Shown: one piece after another, positions 8,797 to 19,033 of the stretch
How the letters are laid out: each line of letters starts with the position of its first letter
Position numbering within the stretch: the first letter of the stretch is position 1
Origin: a virus
Lineage: Duplodnaviria; Caudoviricetes
Virus record (IMG/VR): IMGVR_UViG_3300046030_000054
Span: 11,952-75,951 of that record
Length of the DNA: 64,000 nt
Strand: one strand, 5' to 3'
Translations under genes and position numbers: made by a program
The notes under the pieces: generated by a model
What the model was told of the DNA's origin: nothing
Database searches by the model: none
What the model saw: only the letters and a program-made list of their open reading frames with translations

Positions 8797-10132
8797 ATAC
8801 CAACAATACGCAACTCAGTTTATTCTGGATCATCCTGTGGCAGCAATCTTGCTTGATATGGGACTAGGTAAAAGCGTCATTACCCTAACTGCTATTAAAC
8901 AACTTATTCAGCAGGGGAAAGTTCAACGGGTATTAGTTGTCGCTCCACTGCGTGTGGCTAAACAAACCTGGCCAGAAGAAATTGAAAAATGGGACCACTT
9001 AAAAGGCCTTAACTATTCAGTCGTCACTGGTTCTAAGTTTCAAAGGATCAAAGCACTGCAGCAAGATGTCGACATTTATATCATTAATCGGGAAAACTTA
9101 AAATGGCTAATTGAATCCTCTGGTACTTCCTTTGACTACGACATGTTGGTGATCGATGAACTCTCCAGTTTTAAGTCTTACCGCTCGCAACGCTTCAAAG
9201 CCCTCAAACGAGTGCGACCACTGATTAAGCGCGTAGTTGGCTTAACAGGCACACCGTCGTCTAATGGCTTGATGGATTTGTGGGCAGAGTTCCGCGTACT
9301 AGACATGGGCCAACGACTCGGCCGTTTCATCTCATCTTACCGAATGAACTACTTTGACCCTGACAAGCGAAACATGTATCAAGTTTTTACCTACAAACCT
9401 AAGCCCGGTGCTGAACAAAGTATCTACCGCGCCATTGATGATATCACCATTTCTATGAAGTCTAAGGACTACTTGAATCTGCCACCATTAACTATGAACA
9501 CCGTTCCGGTAAAAATGAGTAATAGTGAGCAGGCAATCTATGATGAGCTTAATGCCCAGCTAGTAGTTTCAACCCAGGGTAAACAAATCGATGCCCTCAA
9601 CGCAGCCAGTTTATCGAATAAACTTTGCCAGATGGCAAATGGTTGTGTCTACGACGACCAGCAGCAGATTGTTCAAATTCACCAGCGAAAACTTGATGCC
9701 CTTGAAGATTTGGTTGAAGCTGCTAATGGTAAACCTGTCTTGGTAGCTTACTGGTTCAAACATGATCTAATCCAGATTAAAAGTCGTTTCAAGGTTCGTG
9801 AGATCAAAACACCCCGTGACATTCAGGACTGGAATGCCGGTAAGATTCCTTTAGCTTTGATCCACCCCGCTTCTGCTGGTCATGGTCTTAACCTGCAGGC
9901 TGGTGGTGCCACCTTGATTTGGTATGGATTGACTTGGAGCCTGGAGCTTTACCAGCAAACCAACGCTCGGCTCTGGCGACAAGGACAGCGTCAGCCAGTA
10001 GTTATCCACCACATCATCACCGAAGGAACCATTGACGAAAACATTCTGGCCGCCTTGAAACGTAAAGATAAAACCCAGCTAGCGTTAATCAATGCGGTGA
10101 AAGCCAACCTGAAAGGAAGTGTTGTGGCATGA
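8777..10132 (+). CDS. Phage SNF2-family helicase
   Basis: LDMGLGKS, IDELSSFK, GLTGTP, GHGLNLQ, QTNARLWRQGQ. Confidence 0.9.
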   Translation: MQYKPHEYQQYATQFILDHPVAAILLDMGLGKSVITLTAIKQLIQQGKVQRVLVVAPLRVAKQTWPEEIEKWDHLKGLNYSVVTGSKFQRIKALQQDVDIYIINRENLKWLIESSGTSFDYDMLVIDELSSFKSYRSQRFKALKRVRPLIKRVVGLTGTPSSNGLMDLWAEFRVLDMGQRLGRFISSYRMNYFDPDKRNMYQVFTYKPKPGAEQSIYRAIDDITISMKSKDYLNLPPLTMNTVPVKMSNSEQAIYDELNAQLVVSTQGKQIDALNAASLSNKLCQMANGCVYDDQQQIVQIHQRKLDALEDLVEAANGKPVLVAYWFKHDLIQIKSRFKVREIKTPRDIQDWNAGKIPLALIHPASAGHGLNLQAGGATLIWYGLTWSLELYQQTNARLWRQGQRQPVVIHHIITEGTIDENILAALKRKDKTQLALINAVKANLKGSVVA

Positions 10133-10596
10133 GTATCATGTGGAACTACTTAGACAAACGACGAGCGACCGTCGCAGCCTTGAAAGATTACGATGGTATG
10201 AAGTTCATCATTGACTCTTACCAAGACGAACTGAAACTAGCTAAGGAACAAATGGTTGGTGTCAGTTCGCCTCGCTATGGTTTCTCACCCAGTGGCAGCA
10301 AAAAGGATAACCCGACTGAACATCGCCTGCTGCATGGCATCGATGAGACAACCAAGCTGAATGAACGCTACCAACAAGCCCAACTTTACTTCAAGTGGTT
10401 CGAGCCAGCCTGGCAAGAGTTATCTGAAGACGAGCGCTTTGTTTTAGATGTCTGCTATCGTACTCCAAACCAGTCAATGAACGAGGGACTAACCATCGTG
10501 ATGGACAAGTACTTCATTGCGAAAACCACTGCTTACAATCGAAAGAACAAAGCACTCGATCACCCCACGCTCTTACTTTATGGATCCCATCATTAG
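10129..10596 (+). CDS. ArpU/RinA-like phage late transcriptional regulator
   Basis: Size, position before packaging genes, AWQELSEDERFVL and C-terminal HTH-like segment. Confidence 0.65.
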   Translation: MSIMWNYLDKRRATVAALKDYDGMKFIIDSYQDELKLAKEQMVGVSSPRYGFSPSGSKKDNPTEHRLLHGIDETTKLNERYQQAQLYFKWFEPAWQELSEDERFVLDVCYRTPNQSMNEGLTIVMDKYFIAKTTAYNRKNKALDHPTLLLYGSHH

Positions 10597-10744
10597 AAAG
10601 GTAAAACGCAGAACAAACAATCGGCTTATCTATGTTACGATGGTAGTGTAGAAAATTAGGATAAAGGCATTTGCTTTATAACATTGAAGCCTAGCGGTGC
10701 AAAACTGCTGGGCTTTTCTTATACCCTCAGAAAGGAGGAGTGTC

Positions 10745-11122
10745 ATGCCCTACTCACCCAAGAAACCCTGTCGTTACCCTGGCTGCCCGCGACTAACCCA
10801 CAACACTTATTGTGACGTCCATGCTAAGCAAGTCAGCTCTCACTATAATCGTTACCAACGACCAAAGCGTAGTCGTCCGCGCTATCATCACGGCTGGCCA
10901 AAGATCCGTCAACGCTACTTGCTCCACCATCCCTTCTGTGAGATGTGCCTGAGCCAAGGAAGGTATACCCAAGCCACCGAGGTCCATCACGTTCTGCCTC
11001 TGGAGCATGGTGGCACCAACGAGTTCAAGAACCTGATGGCATTATGTAAGCCATGCCACTCCCGCATCACTGCTCAGATGGATGATCGTTGGCATAAAAA
11101 GCCACGTCGATATCATTACTAA
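10745..11122 (+). CDS. Terminase-associated HNH endonuclease
   Basis: PFCEMC..EVHH..NLMALCKPCHSRIT. Confidence 0.9.
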   Translation: MPYSPKKPCRYPGCPRLTHNTYCDVHAKQVSSHYNRYQRPKRSRPRYHHGWPKIRQRYLLHHPFCEMCLSQGRYTQATEVHHVLPLEHGGTNEFKNLMALCKPCHSRITAQMDDRWHKKPRRYHY

Positions 11123-11230
11123 ACCACGGAGGGGACCATCAAATCCTTAAAAATTTTTCGCGCGGGAGCGGGCCTGGGCCTTCGTGTACAAAAAATCGAA
11201 ATCAAACGGGGTATTAACCCCTGCCGAAAG
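11123..11230. other. Putative cos packaging-site region
   Basis: GC-rich noncoding segment between HNH and TerS, the usual cos position in HNH-terminase phages; near-identical in B. Cut site not determined. Confidence 0.45.
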
Positions 11231-11241
11231 GAGGGAGAGAT

Positions 11242-11784
11242 TTGGCTAAGGATGGTACGAATCGTGGTGGATCGCGGGTCGGCGCTGGGAGAAAATCTAA
11301 ATCACTGCATGACAAGCTCGAAGCTGGCCAAGAAGCAACTGTTATCGATTTGCCTGAACCAGCTAATCTGGAAGGACACGTGATGCCGCCAGTCAAGAAA
11401 TACCTCAAGGCCAAACAGAAGAATGGTTTAGAATTTGACGCCGCTGATATTTTTAAAGAAACCTGGGAATGGTTGGTCGAACGTGGTTGTGAAAAGCTAG
11501 TTAACACTCAGCTGATTGAACAATATGCCGTTAGCGTTAGCCGGTGGATCCAGTGCGAAGAATGTATCTCTAAGTTTGGTTTTCTCGCTCGCCACCCTAC
11601 CACTGGTAATGCAATTGCTTCACCATATGTTTCCATGAGTCGTGACTACATGAAGCAATCGAGCCAATTATGGTTTCAGATTTTTCAAGTGGTTAAAGAA
11701 AACAATGCCACGACTTATCAAGGATCAACACCCCAAGATGATGTCATGGAACGACTCTTAAGAAGTCGGAAAGGAATGAACTAA
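11242..11784 (+). CDS. terS: Terminase small subunit (P27 family)
   Basis: RGGSRVGAGRK N-terminus, HPTTGNAIASPY; TTG start with RBS ggagg. Confidence 0.85.
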   Translation: MAKDGTNRGGSRVGAGRKSKSLHDKLEAGQEATVIDLPEPANLEGHVMPPVKKYLKAKQKNGLEFDAADIFKETWEWLVERGCEKLVNTQLIEQYAVSVSRWIQCEECISKFGFLARHPTTGNAIASPYVSMSRDYMKQSSQLWFQIFQVVKENNATTYQGSTPQDDVMERLLRSRKGMN

Positions 11785-13010
11785 TGAAATTTATCAAGAA
11801 AAAAATTGCTGATCTAATTCCTGCCGATTACAATCCGCGTAAAGATCTCAAGCCTGGCGATCCTGATTACGAAAAGTTAAAACGTTCAATGAAAGAATTC
11901 GGTTATGTCGATCCAATCATCTGGAACCAACAAACTGGTCGCATAGTTGGAGGACACCAGCGGTTAAAGATTCTCCAGGATGAAGGGATCGAAGAAGCTG
12001 AGTGCGTTGTTGTTGACCTTAATGAAGAAAAAGAAAAAGCGTTGAATATTGCGCTCAACAAGATCAGTGGTGATTGGGATAAGGATAAGTTAGCCCTCCT
12101 AATGACTGACTTACAAGCCAGTGATTTAGATGTTTCATTAACGGGATTTGACGAGAATGAGATCTCCGACCTTCTTGGCACGGCTGACGACACGCATGAT
12201 GATGACTTTGACGTTGATAGCGAATTGGATAAACCGACCTTTTCAAAGCCTGGTGACTTATGGCACTTAGGTAAACACACTTTATTATGTGGTGACGCTA
12301 CTAAAACAGAAAGCTACCAGAAATTACTGGGTGATCATAAGGTCAACCTAGTATTAACCGATCCTCCATACAATGTCGATTACTCTAGCAAAGCTGGCAA
12401 GATCAAGAATGATCATCAAGCCGATGACAAGTTCTACCAGTTTCTGCTTGCTGCTTTTCAAAATATGAATCAAGCAATGGCTAACGATGCCAGCATCTAT
12501 GTATTTCACGCCGATACGGAAGGCCTTAACTTCCGCCGTGCTTTCCAAGATGCTGGTTTTTATTTATCCGGTTGCTGTATCTGGAAGAAGCAATCATTAG
12601 TACTTGGTCGCTCTCCCTATCAGTGGCAACATGAACCCGTACTCTATGGATGGAAGAAAGATGGCAAACACGAATGGTACACCGGGCGAAAGGAATCCAC
12701 CATCTGGGAATTTGATCGCCCAAAGCAGAGTAAGGAACACCCAACGATGAAACCAATCCCACTATTAGCCTATCCAATCATGAATTCCACCATGTCCAAC
12801 TGTACCGTTCTCGATCCATTCGGTGGTTCCGGTTCAACTCTGATTGCATGCGAGCAAACTAATCGGATTTGTAACATGATGGAACTCGATCCTAAATATT
12901 GCGATGTGATTGTGCAACGTTATATTGAACAGGTTGGTTCAAGCAAAAACGTTAGTGTGGAAAGAAATGGTAAAACTATTCTTTACAGCAAAGTAAAAAA
13001 GCCGGCTTAA
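11784..13010 (+). CDS. ParB-like domain + N6/N4 DNA methyltransferase
   Basis: ADYNPR and VGGHQR (ParB-like); TDPPY, HPTMKP, DPFGGSGST (MTase). Confidence 0.9.
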   Translation: MKFIKKKIADLIPADYNPRKDLKPGDPDYEKLKRSMKEFGYVDPIIWNQQTGRIVGGHQRLKILQDEGIEEAECVVVDLNEEKEKALNIALNKISGDWDKDKLALLMTDLQASDLDVSLTGFDENEISDLLGTADDTHDDDFDVDSELDKPTFSKPGDLWHLGKHTLLCGDATKTESYQKLLGDHKVNLVLTDPPYNVDYSSKAGKIKNDHQADDKFYQFLLAAFQNMNQAMANDASIYVFHADTEGLNFRRAFQDAGFYLSGCCIWKKQSLVLGRSPYQWQHEPVLYGWKKDGKHEWYTGRKESTIWEFDRPKQSKEHPTMKPIPLLAYPIMNSTMSNCTVLDPFGGSGSTLIACEQTNRICNMMELDPKYCDVIVQRYIEQVGSSKNVSVERNGKTILYSKVKKPA

Positions 13011-13024
13011 ATCGTCGAAGTTCC

Positions 13025-13078
13025 TTGCTATCTGTACCCTTTAGAGTGATGTATACAGTGATCAAACAAGGAGGTACA
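13025..13078 (+). promoter_or_regulatory. Putative internal promoter and RBS for a two-gene moron
   Basis: ttgcta...gtgatgtatac...aaggagg conserved in B (52901-52949); -10 is imperfect. Confidence 0.4.
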
Positions 13079-13082
13079 GAAG

Positions 13083-13703
13083 ATGGAAATTAAATTTAAT
13101 GTACACGGCCAGCAACGAAAAGAATTGGTGACGAAGCTGGCTGACTATACTCATCGAAAGGCCGAATATCAATACACACCTACCTACGCTTATCAGATTG
13201 GCAAGTACACTGTTAACAAAGATGGAGTCCTAACATCCCCGGATGAGATCCCGGCCAATTTACTCGATTATCTTGAACAGCAAGGCTTCCACCCTACTGA
13301 AATAATCAAGTTGAACCTAGCCTACCAGCGAGATAAGTTTACAGATCAGGCTCTTGATAACCTGCGCCACCTAATCTGGGCTAAGGGGCAGTTAATTAAG
13401 GACGCTTGCCAGCTGGAAGCCCTCCCCTTAAACGTCGATGAAAAACAGGTATCCTTCGATTGGTTTAAAGAAGTGAAACTTGACGATGCTTTTGCTTATC
13501 AACAATTTGTCGACAAGCTGGTCCAATATGCCATCAGCCACCAGCGAATCATGTCAGAACCACACGAAGAGAGTAATGAAAAATATGCTTTCCGCTGTTT
13601 CCTGCTACGCCTAGGATTTATCGGTCCCAAGTTTAAAGACCAACGGAAAGTATTGTTACGCAACTTAACTGGATCAGCTGCTTTTAAGAACCAGGGGGAC
13701 TAA
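13083..13703 (+). CDS. Phage 'virulence-related'-type hypothetical protein
   Basis: YQYTPTYAYQIG and NEKYAFRCFLLRLGFIG..RKVLLRNLTGSAAFK. Confidence 0.7.
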   Translation: MEIKFNVHGQQRKELVTKLADYTHRKAEYQYTPTYAYQIGKYTVNKDGVLTSPDEIPANLLDYLEQQGFHPTEIIKLNLAYQRDKFTDQALDNLRHLIWAKGQLIKDACQLEALPLNVDEKQVSFDWFKEVKLDDAFAYQQFVDKLVQYAISHQRIMSEPHEESNEKYAFRCFLLRLGFIGPKFKDQRKVLLRNLTGSAAFKNQGD

Positions 13704-13705
13704 TC

Positions 13706-13912
13706 ATGAATCGAATTAAGGACGAATTAGCTAAACGTAACCGAATCCGCCAGCAGGTCTTAAAAATCCGCAACACTGGTGAAGCCAATATGTTTGATGT
13801 GGAAAATGTCAAAAGACTGGCATACTACTATAACTACCATGACTTAATCGATTACTTGAATACTGACCGCGCCGGATACGTAAATTTGATATTAACTGGC
13901 AAGTTTAATTAA
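13706..13912 (+). CDS. DUF5049-like small protein
   Basis: KIRNTGEANMFD..V..LA..Y..ILTG pattern. Confidence 0.7.
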   Translation: MNRIKDELAKRNRIRQQVLKIRNTGEANMFDVENVKRLAYYYNYHDLIDYLNTDRAGYVNLILTGKFN

Positions 13913-13921
13913 TCATCAATC

Positions 13922-13951
13922 AAGCATTGAGTTAACACTCAGTGCTTTTTT
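13922..13951 (+). terminator. Intrinsic terminator
   Basis: aagcattgag/ctcagtgctt stem plus T-tract. Confidence 0.65.
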
Positions 13952-13979
13952 AGTACAACTGAAAGGATGTGATGCCCTC

Positions 13980-15578
13980 TTGCGAAAACTAAAAGATTAC
14001 AAGCCAACTAGGTTCATGGCCAAGGACTCTACTTATAACAAAGACGCAGCTGATTTTGCAGTTTCATTTATCGAATGCCTATGCCATACCAAGGGAACCT
14101 GGGCGGGTAAGCCTTTTGACCTCATTGACTGGCAGGAAAAAATTATTCGCGACATTTTTGGCATCTTAAAACCTGATGGGTATCGTCAATTCAATACTGC
14201 TTACGTCGAAATTCCAAAAAAGCAAGGCAAATCAGAACTGGCGGCGGCTGTTGCTCTACTGCTTTGCTGCGCTGATGGTGAAGAACGTGCAGAAGTTTAT
14301 GGTTGTGCTGCTGATCGCCAGCAGGCCGCCATTGTTTTTGACGTCGCCGCTGATATGGTGCGGATGAACCCAGCCTTAAAAAAGCGTTGTAAGATCCTCG
14401 CTTCCCAAAAACGGCTGATCTATGAGCCAACTAATAGTTTCTATCAAGTCCTATCTGCTGATGCTTATTCCAAGCACGGTTTCAACGTGTCAGGAGTAAT
14501 TTTTGATGAATTACACACTCAACCCAATCGTAAACTCTACGACGTCATGACTAAGGGTTCCGGCGATGCTCGAACGCAGCCGCTCTACTTTTTAATCACG
14601 ACTGCCGGTAATGATGAACACTCTATCTGTTACCAGGTTCATCAAAAAGCAATCGACATCATGAAGGGCCGTAAACATGACCCCCGTTTTTATCCGGTTA
14701 TTTACGGTGCCGGGCGTGATGAAGATTGGTCGAGTCCTGAAGTTTGGAAGAAAGCTAATCCCTCCCTGGGTATTACCGTCAAGATGGAGAAGGTTAAGGA
14801 TGCTTATAATTCAGCTAAGGAGAATCCGGCTGAAGAGAACACCTTCCGACAACTACGGTTAAATCAGTGGGTGAAGCAAGATGTTCGATGGATGCCGATG
14901 GACAAATGGGATGCTTGTGCCTTTCCTGTTGATCCCGATGAATTACGTGGCCGCGATTGCTATGGTGGCCTTGACCTGTCATCAACTACTGATATTACGG
15001 CTTTTGTACTGGTGTTTCCTCCTAGAGATGATTCAGAAGGTTACACCCTGCTACCTTACTTCTGGATTCCCGAGGATAACGTTGATTTGCGGGTTCGCCG
15101 TGATCATGTCCCCTACGATATTTGGAAGCAGCAGGGATATCTACAAACCACAGAAGGTAATGTCGTCCACTATGGCTTCATAGAACACTTCATTGATGAT
15201 CTCGGAAAGAAATACCATATCAAGGAAATTGCCTTTGACCGTTGGGGTGCAGTCGAAATGGTCCAGAATCTTGAAGGAATGGGCTTCACGGTAGTGCCAT
15301 TTGGCCAAGGGTTCAAAGATATGACTCCACCAACCAAAGAGTTGATGCGCTTAACTTTGGAAAAGAAAATTGCTCACGGTGGACACCCAGTTTTGCGTTG
15401 GATGATGGACAACATCTACATTCGAACTGATCCGGCAGGCAACATCAAACCAGATAAAGCAAAATCAACTGAAAAGATAGATGGCGTTGTCGCTACTATC
15501 ATGGGATTGGATCGCGCCATTCGCAATGAAGACAGTGGTGATTCTGTTTATGATGGTCGAGGTTTATTGATGTTGTAA
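13980..15578 (+). CDS. terL: Terminase large subunit
   Basis: IPKKQGKSE Walker A, IFDELH Walker B, GGLDLS, KIDGVVA. Confidence 0.93.
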   Translation: MRKLKDYKPTRFMAKDSTYNKDAADFAVSFIECLCHTKGTWAGKPFDLIDWQEKIIRDIFGILKPDGYRQFNTAYVEIPKKQGKSELAAAVALLLCCADGEERAEVYGCAADRQQAAIVFDVAADMVRMNPALKKRCKILASQKRLIYEPTNSFYQVLSADAYSKHGFNVSGVIFDELHTQPNRKLYDVMTKGSGDARTQPLYFLITTAGNDEHSICYQVHQKAIDIMKGRKHDPRFYPVIYGAGRDEDWSSPEVWKKANPSLGITVKMEKVKDAYNSAKENPAEENTFRQLRLNQWVKQDVRWMPMDKWDACAFPVDPDELRGRDCYGGLDLSSTTDITAFVLVFPPRDDSEGYTLLPYFWIPEDNVDLRVRRDHVPYDIWKQQGYLQTTEGNVVHYGFIEHFIDDLGKKYHIKEIAFDRWGAVEMVQNLEGMGFTVVPFGQGFKDMTPPTKELMRLTLEKKIAHGGHPVLRWMMDNIYIRTDPAGNIKPDKAKSTEKIDGVVATIMGLDRAIRNEDSGDSVYDGRGLLML

Positions 15579-15606
15579 TTGCGAAGAACTGAAAGGAGTT
15601 GATGCC

Positions 15607-16872
15607 ATGAGTCTATTTAATAAATTGTTCCATACCAATAAAGCTTCACCCAAAAACACCCTATCCAGCACCATGTCATTTTTCTTCGGCAGTTCGATGG
15701 CTGGCCAAAATGTGACCGAACGCACCGCAATGCAGAATACTGCAGTTTATGCTTGTGTTCGAGTCTTGGCTGAAGGATTAGCTGAACTGCCACTCCATAT
15801 TTATCAATATACCAGCGATGGTGGGAAAAAGCGGGCAACTAACCACCCGCTTTATTTTTTGCTTCATGATGCGCCAAATCCAGAAATGACCAGTTTTATC
15901 TTTCGCGAAACCATGATGAACCATTTATTACTGTGGGGTAATGCCTATGCACAAATCATTCGAAACGGTCAAGGCAAGATCACTGGGCTCTATCCTTTGA
16001 TGCCAGATCGAATGGACGTTAACCGTGCTGCTAACGGTGAAATCTACTACACCTATACTCGCAACTATGATGATTACCAGGCAAAGAATAAATCGAAGCA
16101 AGTAATTCTCTTGTCCGATGAAGTCCTTCACATCGCAGGGTTAGGATTTGATGGTTTGATTGGTTACAGTCCTATTGCTATGGCTAAGAATGCTATTGGA
16201 TTATCCATGGCTGCCGAACAATATGGGGCCACCTTTTTCAAAAATGATGCCACACCTGGTGGTGTTCTCGAGCATCCTAATGTAGTCAAAGATCCCGAAC
16301 GGCTCCGGAAAAGTTGGCAATCACAATTTTCGGGATCTAATAATCACAGCATTGCTGTCTTGGAAGAAGGAATGACTTTTCATCAGCTTTCCATTCCACC
16401 CGACCAAGCGCAATTTCTTGATACTCGAAAATTCCAACTCGACGAAATCGCCAGAATTTTTCGTGTACCACCGCATATGGTTGGTGACCTAGATCGTTCG
16501 ACATTCTCAAATATCGAGCAACAATCACTAGAATTTGTAAAGTACACCCTGAACCCTTGGTGCATTCGCTGGGAACAAGCTATGAATCAACAGCTTCTTT
16601 CCGCTGATGATCAACGAAAGTTTTTCGTCAAATTCAATGTTGATGGATTACTACGTGGCGATTACGAAAGCCGAATGAATGGCTATGCTATTGGGCGCCA
16701 AAATGGTTGGCTGTCTGCAAATGACATTCGAGAACTTGAAGATCTAAACCGCATCCCTACTAATGAAGGCGGTGACGAATACTTGGTAAATGGCAATATG
16801 CTGCCACTCAACCAAGCTGGTAACTTCTATAGTTCTCAACCATCTAAAGAAAGTGAGGAACCAAAAGAATGA
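15607..16872 (+). CDS. HK97-family portal protein
   Basis: AVYACVRVLAE, LLWGNAYA, EIARIFRVPP, NGWLSANDIR. Confidence 0.93.
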   Translation: MSLFNKLFHTNKASPKNTLSSTMSFFFGSSMAGQNVTERTAMQNTAVYACVRVLAEGLAELPLHIYQYTSDGGKKRATNHPLYFLLHDAPNPEMTSFIFRETMMNHLLLWGNAYAQIIRNGQGKITGLYPLMPDRMDVNRAANGEIYYTYTRNYDDYQAKNKSKQVILLSDEVLHIAGLGFDGLIGYSPIAMAKNAIGLSMAAEQYGATFFKNDATPGGVLEHPNVVKDPERLRKSWQSQFSGSNNHSIAVLEEGMTFHQLSIPPDQAQFLDTRKFQLDEIARIFRVPPHMVGDLDRSTFSNIEQQSLEFVKYTLNPWCIRWEQAMNQQLLSADDQRKFFVKFNVDGLLRGDYESRMNGYAIGRQNGWLSANDIRELEDLNRIPTNEGGDEYLVNGNMLPLNQAGNFYSSQPSKESEEPKE

Positions 16873-17540
16873 AACGTTTCTGGAACTGGAGTGGCCCTCA
16901 GAATCAACGTGTATTAACTATTAACGGTACAATTGCTGAAGATAGCTGGGTTGATGATGAAGTCACTCCTCAATTATTTCAAGATGAATTAAGTCAAGGG
17001 AAAGGGCCGATCGATCTCTGGTTAAATTCTCCCGGTGGTGACTGTGTCGCTGCCAGTCGCATTTACACGATGCTAATGAATTATCCCGATAACGTGAACG
17101 TCAAAATTGATGGTATTGCTGCTTCGGCAGCATCAGTCATCGCCATGGCAGGCACAAAAGTTTCCATGGTCCCAACCGCGATGATCATGATCCATAATCC
17201 ATTAACCATTGTTGGTGGACAAAAAGAAGATCTTGATCAAGCTGCACAAATGTTAGCTGAAACCAAAGAATCAATTATCAATGCCTATGAACTTAAAACA
17301 AACCTTCCTCGAGAAAAAATTTCATCCATGATGGATGATGAAACCTGGATGAATGTCAATAAAGCGATTGAGTTGGGGTTCGCTGACGATATGCTAGGTC
17401 AAAACAAAGATGTCACGGATTGTTACTCATATTCAGATAAACAATCTGAATTGGTTCTATTGAACAAGCTAAAACCACAAGCAAAATCTAATATCTCTGT
17501 AAAGTCGCTGCAAAAGCGGCTTTCTTTGTTATCACACTAA
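16869..17540 (+). CDS. ClpP-like prohead protease
   Basis: LNSPGGD, GIAASAASVIAMAG, MIHNP. Confidence 0.9.
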   Translation: MKRFWNWSGPQNQRVLTINGTIAEDSWVDDEVTPQLFQDELSQGKGPIDLWLNSPGGDCVAASRIYTMLMNYPDNVNVKIDGIAASAASVIAMAGTKVSMVPTAMIMIHNPLTIVGGQKEDLDQAAQMLAETKESIINAYELKTNLPREKISSMMDDETWMNVNKAIELGFADDMLGQNKDVTDCYSYSDKQSELVLLNKLKPQAKSNISVKSLQKRLSLLSH

Positions 17541-17559
17541 TTTTTAGGAGGACTTATCA

Positions 17560-18738
17560 ATGAGTAAAATTACTGAATTACAAGAAAAGCGTGCCCGTAT
17601 TTGGAAACAAGCAAAGGATTTCCTAGATGCTAAGCAAAAGGAATCAGATGTACTCTCAGCCGAAGACAATGCCCGTTATGAAAAGATGGAGCAAGAAGTT
17701 GTCGACTTAGGTAAGGAAATCAATCGACGGCACAAGCAGGCAGAAATTGAAGTGGCACTGAACCAACCTACCTGTAAGGCCCTTACTAATTCCCCAACTG
17801 CTGATCAGCTACCAAAGAGACAGGATGCTTATGCAAAAGATTTCTGGCAAATGATGCGTGGACATGCCGTCGTGGATGCTCTTAAGGAAGGTGCGGACCC
17901 CGATGGTGGTTTCTTAGTGCCCGACGAATTTGAAAACCAACTTATCCAAAAGTTGCAAGAAGCAAACGTGCTGCGAACGATCAGTCATGTCATCCAAACC
18001 AATAGCGGCGAACACAAAATTACAGTGGTAGCCAGTGAAGGTACTGCAGCCTGGCTCGAAGAAGAAGCGGCCTACACAGAGTCCAACACTCAATTTAGTC
18101 AGGTGTCACTAGGCGCACATAAGTTGGGGACCCTGATCAAAGTATCAGAAGAATTACTAAACGATTCCGCATTTGATTTGATGTCTTATCTCTCCGATGA
18201 ATTTGGACGCCGACTCGGTAATGCTGAAGAACAGGCCTTTTTAACCGGTACCGGTACTGGTCAACCTACTGGTATCCTAACCGACACTAATGGCGCTTCA
18301 GCCGGATCCACAGCTGCCAAGGCCGATGCGTTAACTTTTGATGATTTAATTGACCTTTTCTATTCCTTAAAGGCGCCATATCGTCAAAACGCTGTCTTTT
18401 TGATGAACGATGATACCGTGAAAGCCATCCGCAAAATGAAAGATAAGAACGACCAATACATTTGGCAACCTTCCGTTCAGGTAGGCCAACCAGACCGAAT
18501 TCTTAACTGTCCGGTTTACACTAGTCCATTCATGCCGACATTGGCTGCTGCTAATAAGCCAGTTCTTTTCGGTGACTTTAACTACTACTGGATTGCAGAT
18601 CGAGAAGGACGAACCTTCAAACGTCTGAATGAACTTTATGCCGTAACTGGTCAAGTTGGCTTCTTAGGCTCACAACGAGTTGACGGTAAAGTTATCCTAC
18701 CAGAAGCAATTAAAACCTTGTCCATGGCTGCTAAATAG
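17560..18738 (+). CDS. HK97-type major capsid protein
   Basis: Coiled-coil N-terminal delta domain, DGGFLVPDEF, FGDFNYY. Confidence 0.93.
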   Translation: MSKITELQEKRARIWKQAKDFLDAKQKESDVLSAEDNARYEKMEQEVVDLGKEINRRHKQAEIEVALNQPTCKALTNSPTADQLPKRQDAYAKDFWQMMRGHAVVDALKEGADPDGGFLVPDEFENQLIQKLQEANVLRTISHVIQTNSGEHKITVVASEGTAAWLEEEAAYTESNTQFSQVSLGAHKLGTLIKVSEELLNDSAFDLMSYLSDEFGRRLGNAEEQAFLTGTGTGQPTGILTDTNGASAGSTAAKADALTFDDLIDLFYSLKAPYRQNAVFLMNDDTVKAIRKMKDKNDQYIWQPSVQVGQPDRILNCPVYTSPFMPTLAAANKPVLFGDFNYYWIADREGRTFKRLNELYAVTGQVGFLGSQRVDGKVILPEAIKTLSMAAK

Positions 18739-18754
18739 AAAGGATTGATGAAAT

Positions 18755-19033
18755 GTGGCTGCTATTACTTTGGCCGAAGCAAAAGCCTACCTGAGGGTGG
18801 ATAACACTGTTGAGGATGACCTAATTACGAAGTTAATTGGATCGGCAACAGCTACAGTCGAGAATGTACTTCGTCAACCACTATCCGCATTCGACCCCCT
18901 CCCCGATGATATTCATACCGCAATTCTTTATACCGTGGCTTACCTTTACGAATATCGGGAAACCGCCGATTTTGATGCCATGATCAAATTTCTCCGGGCC
19001 ATCTTGTCTCCTTACCGGAAGGAGGAGTTTTAA
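18755..19033 (+). CDS. Head-tail connector (gp6-like)
   Basis: LAEAKAYLRVD..EDDLI..LI..A; AILYTVAYLYEYRE. Confidence 0.88.
   Translation: MAAITLAEAKAYLRVDNTVEDDLITKLIGSATATVENVLRQPLSAFDPLPDDIHTAILYTVAYLYEYRETADFDAMIKFLRAILSPYRKEEF

Noticed and set aside
10555-10575. Pro in A (HPTLLLYG) versus Leu in B (HLTLLLYG) in the late regulator helix
   Set aside because: A single substitution whose effect cannot be judged from sequence alone.
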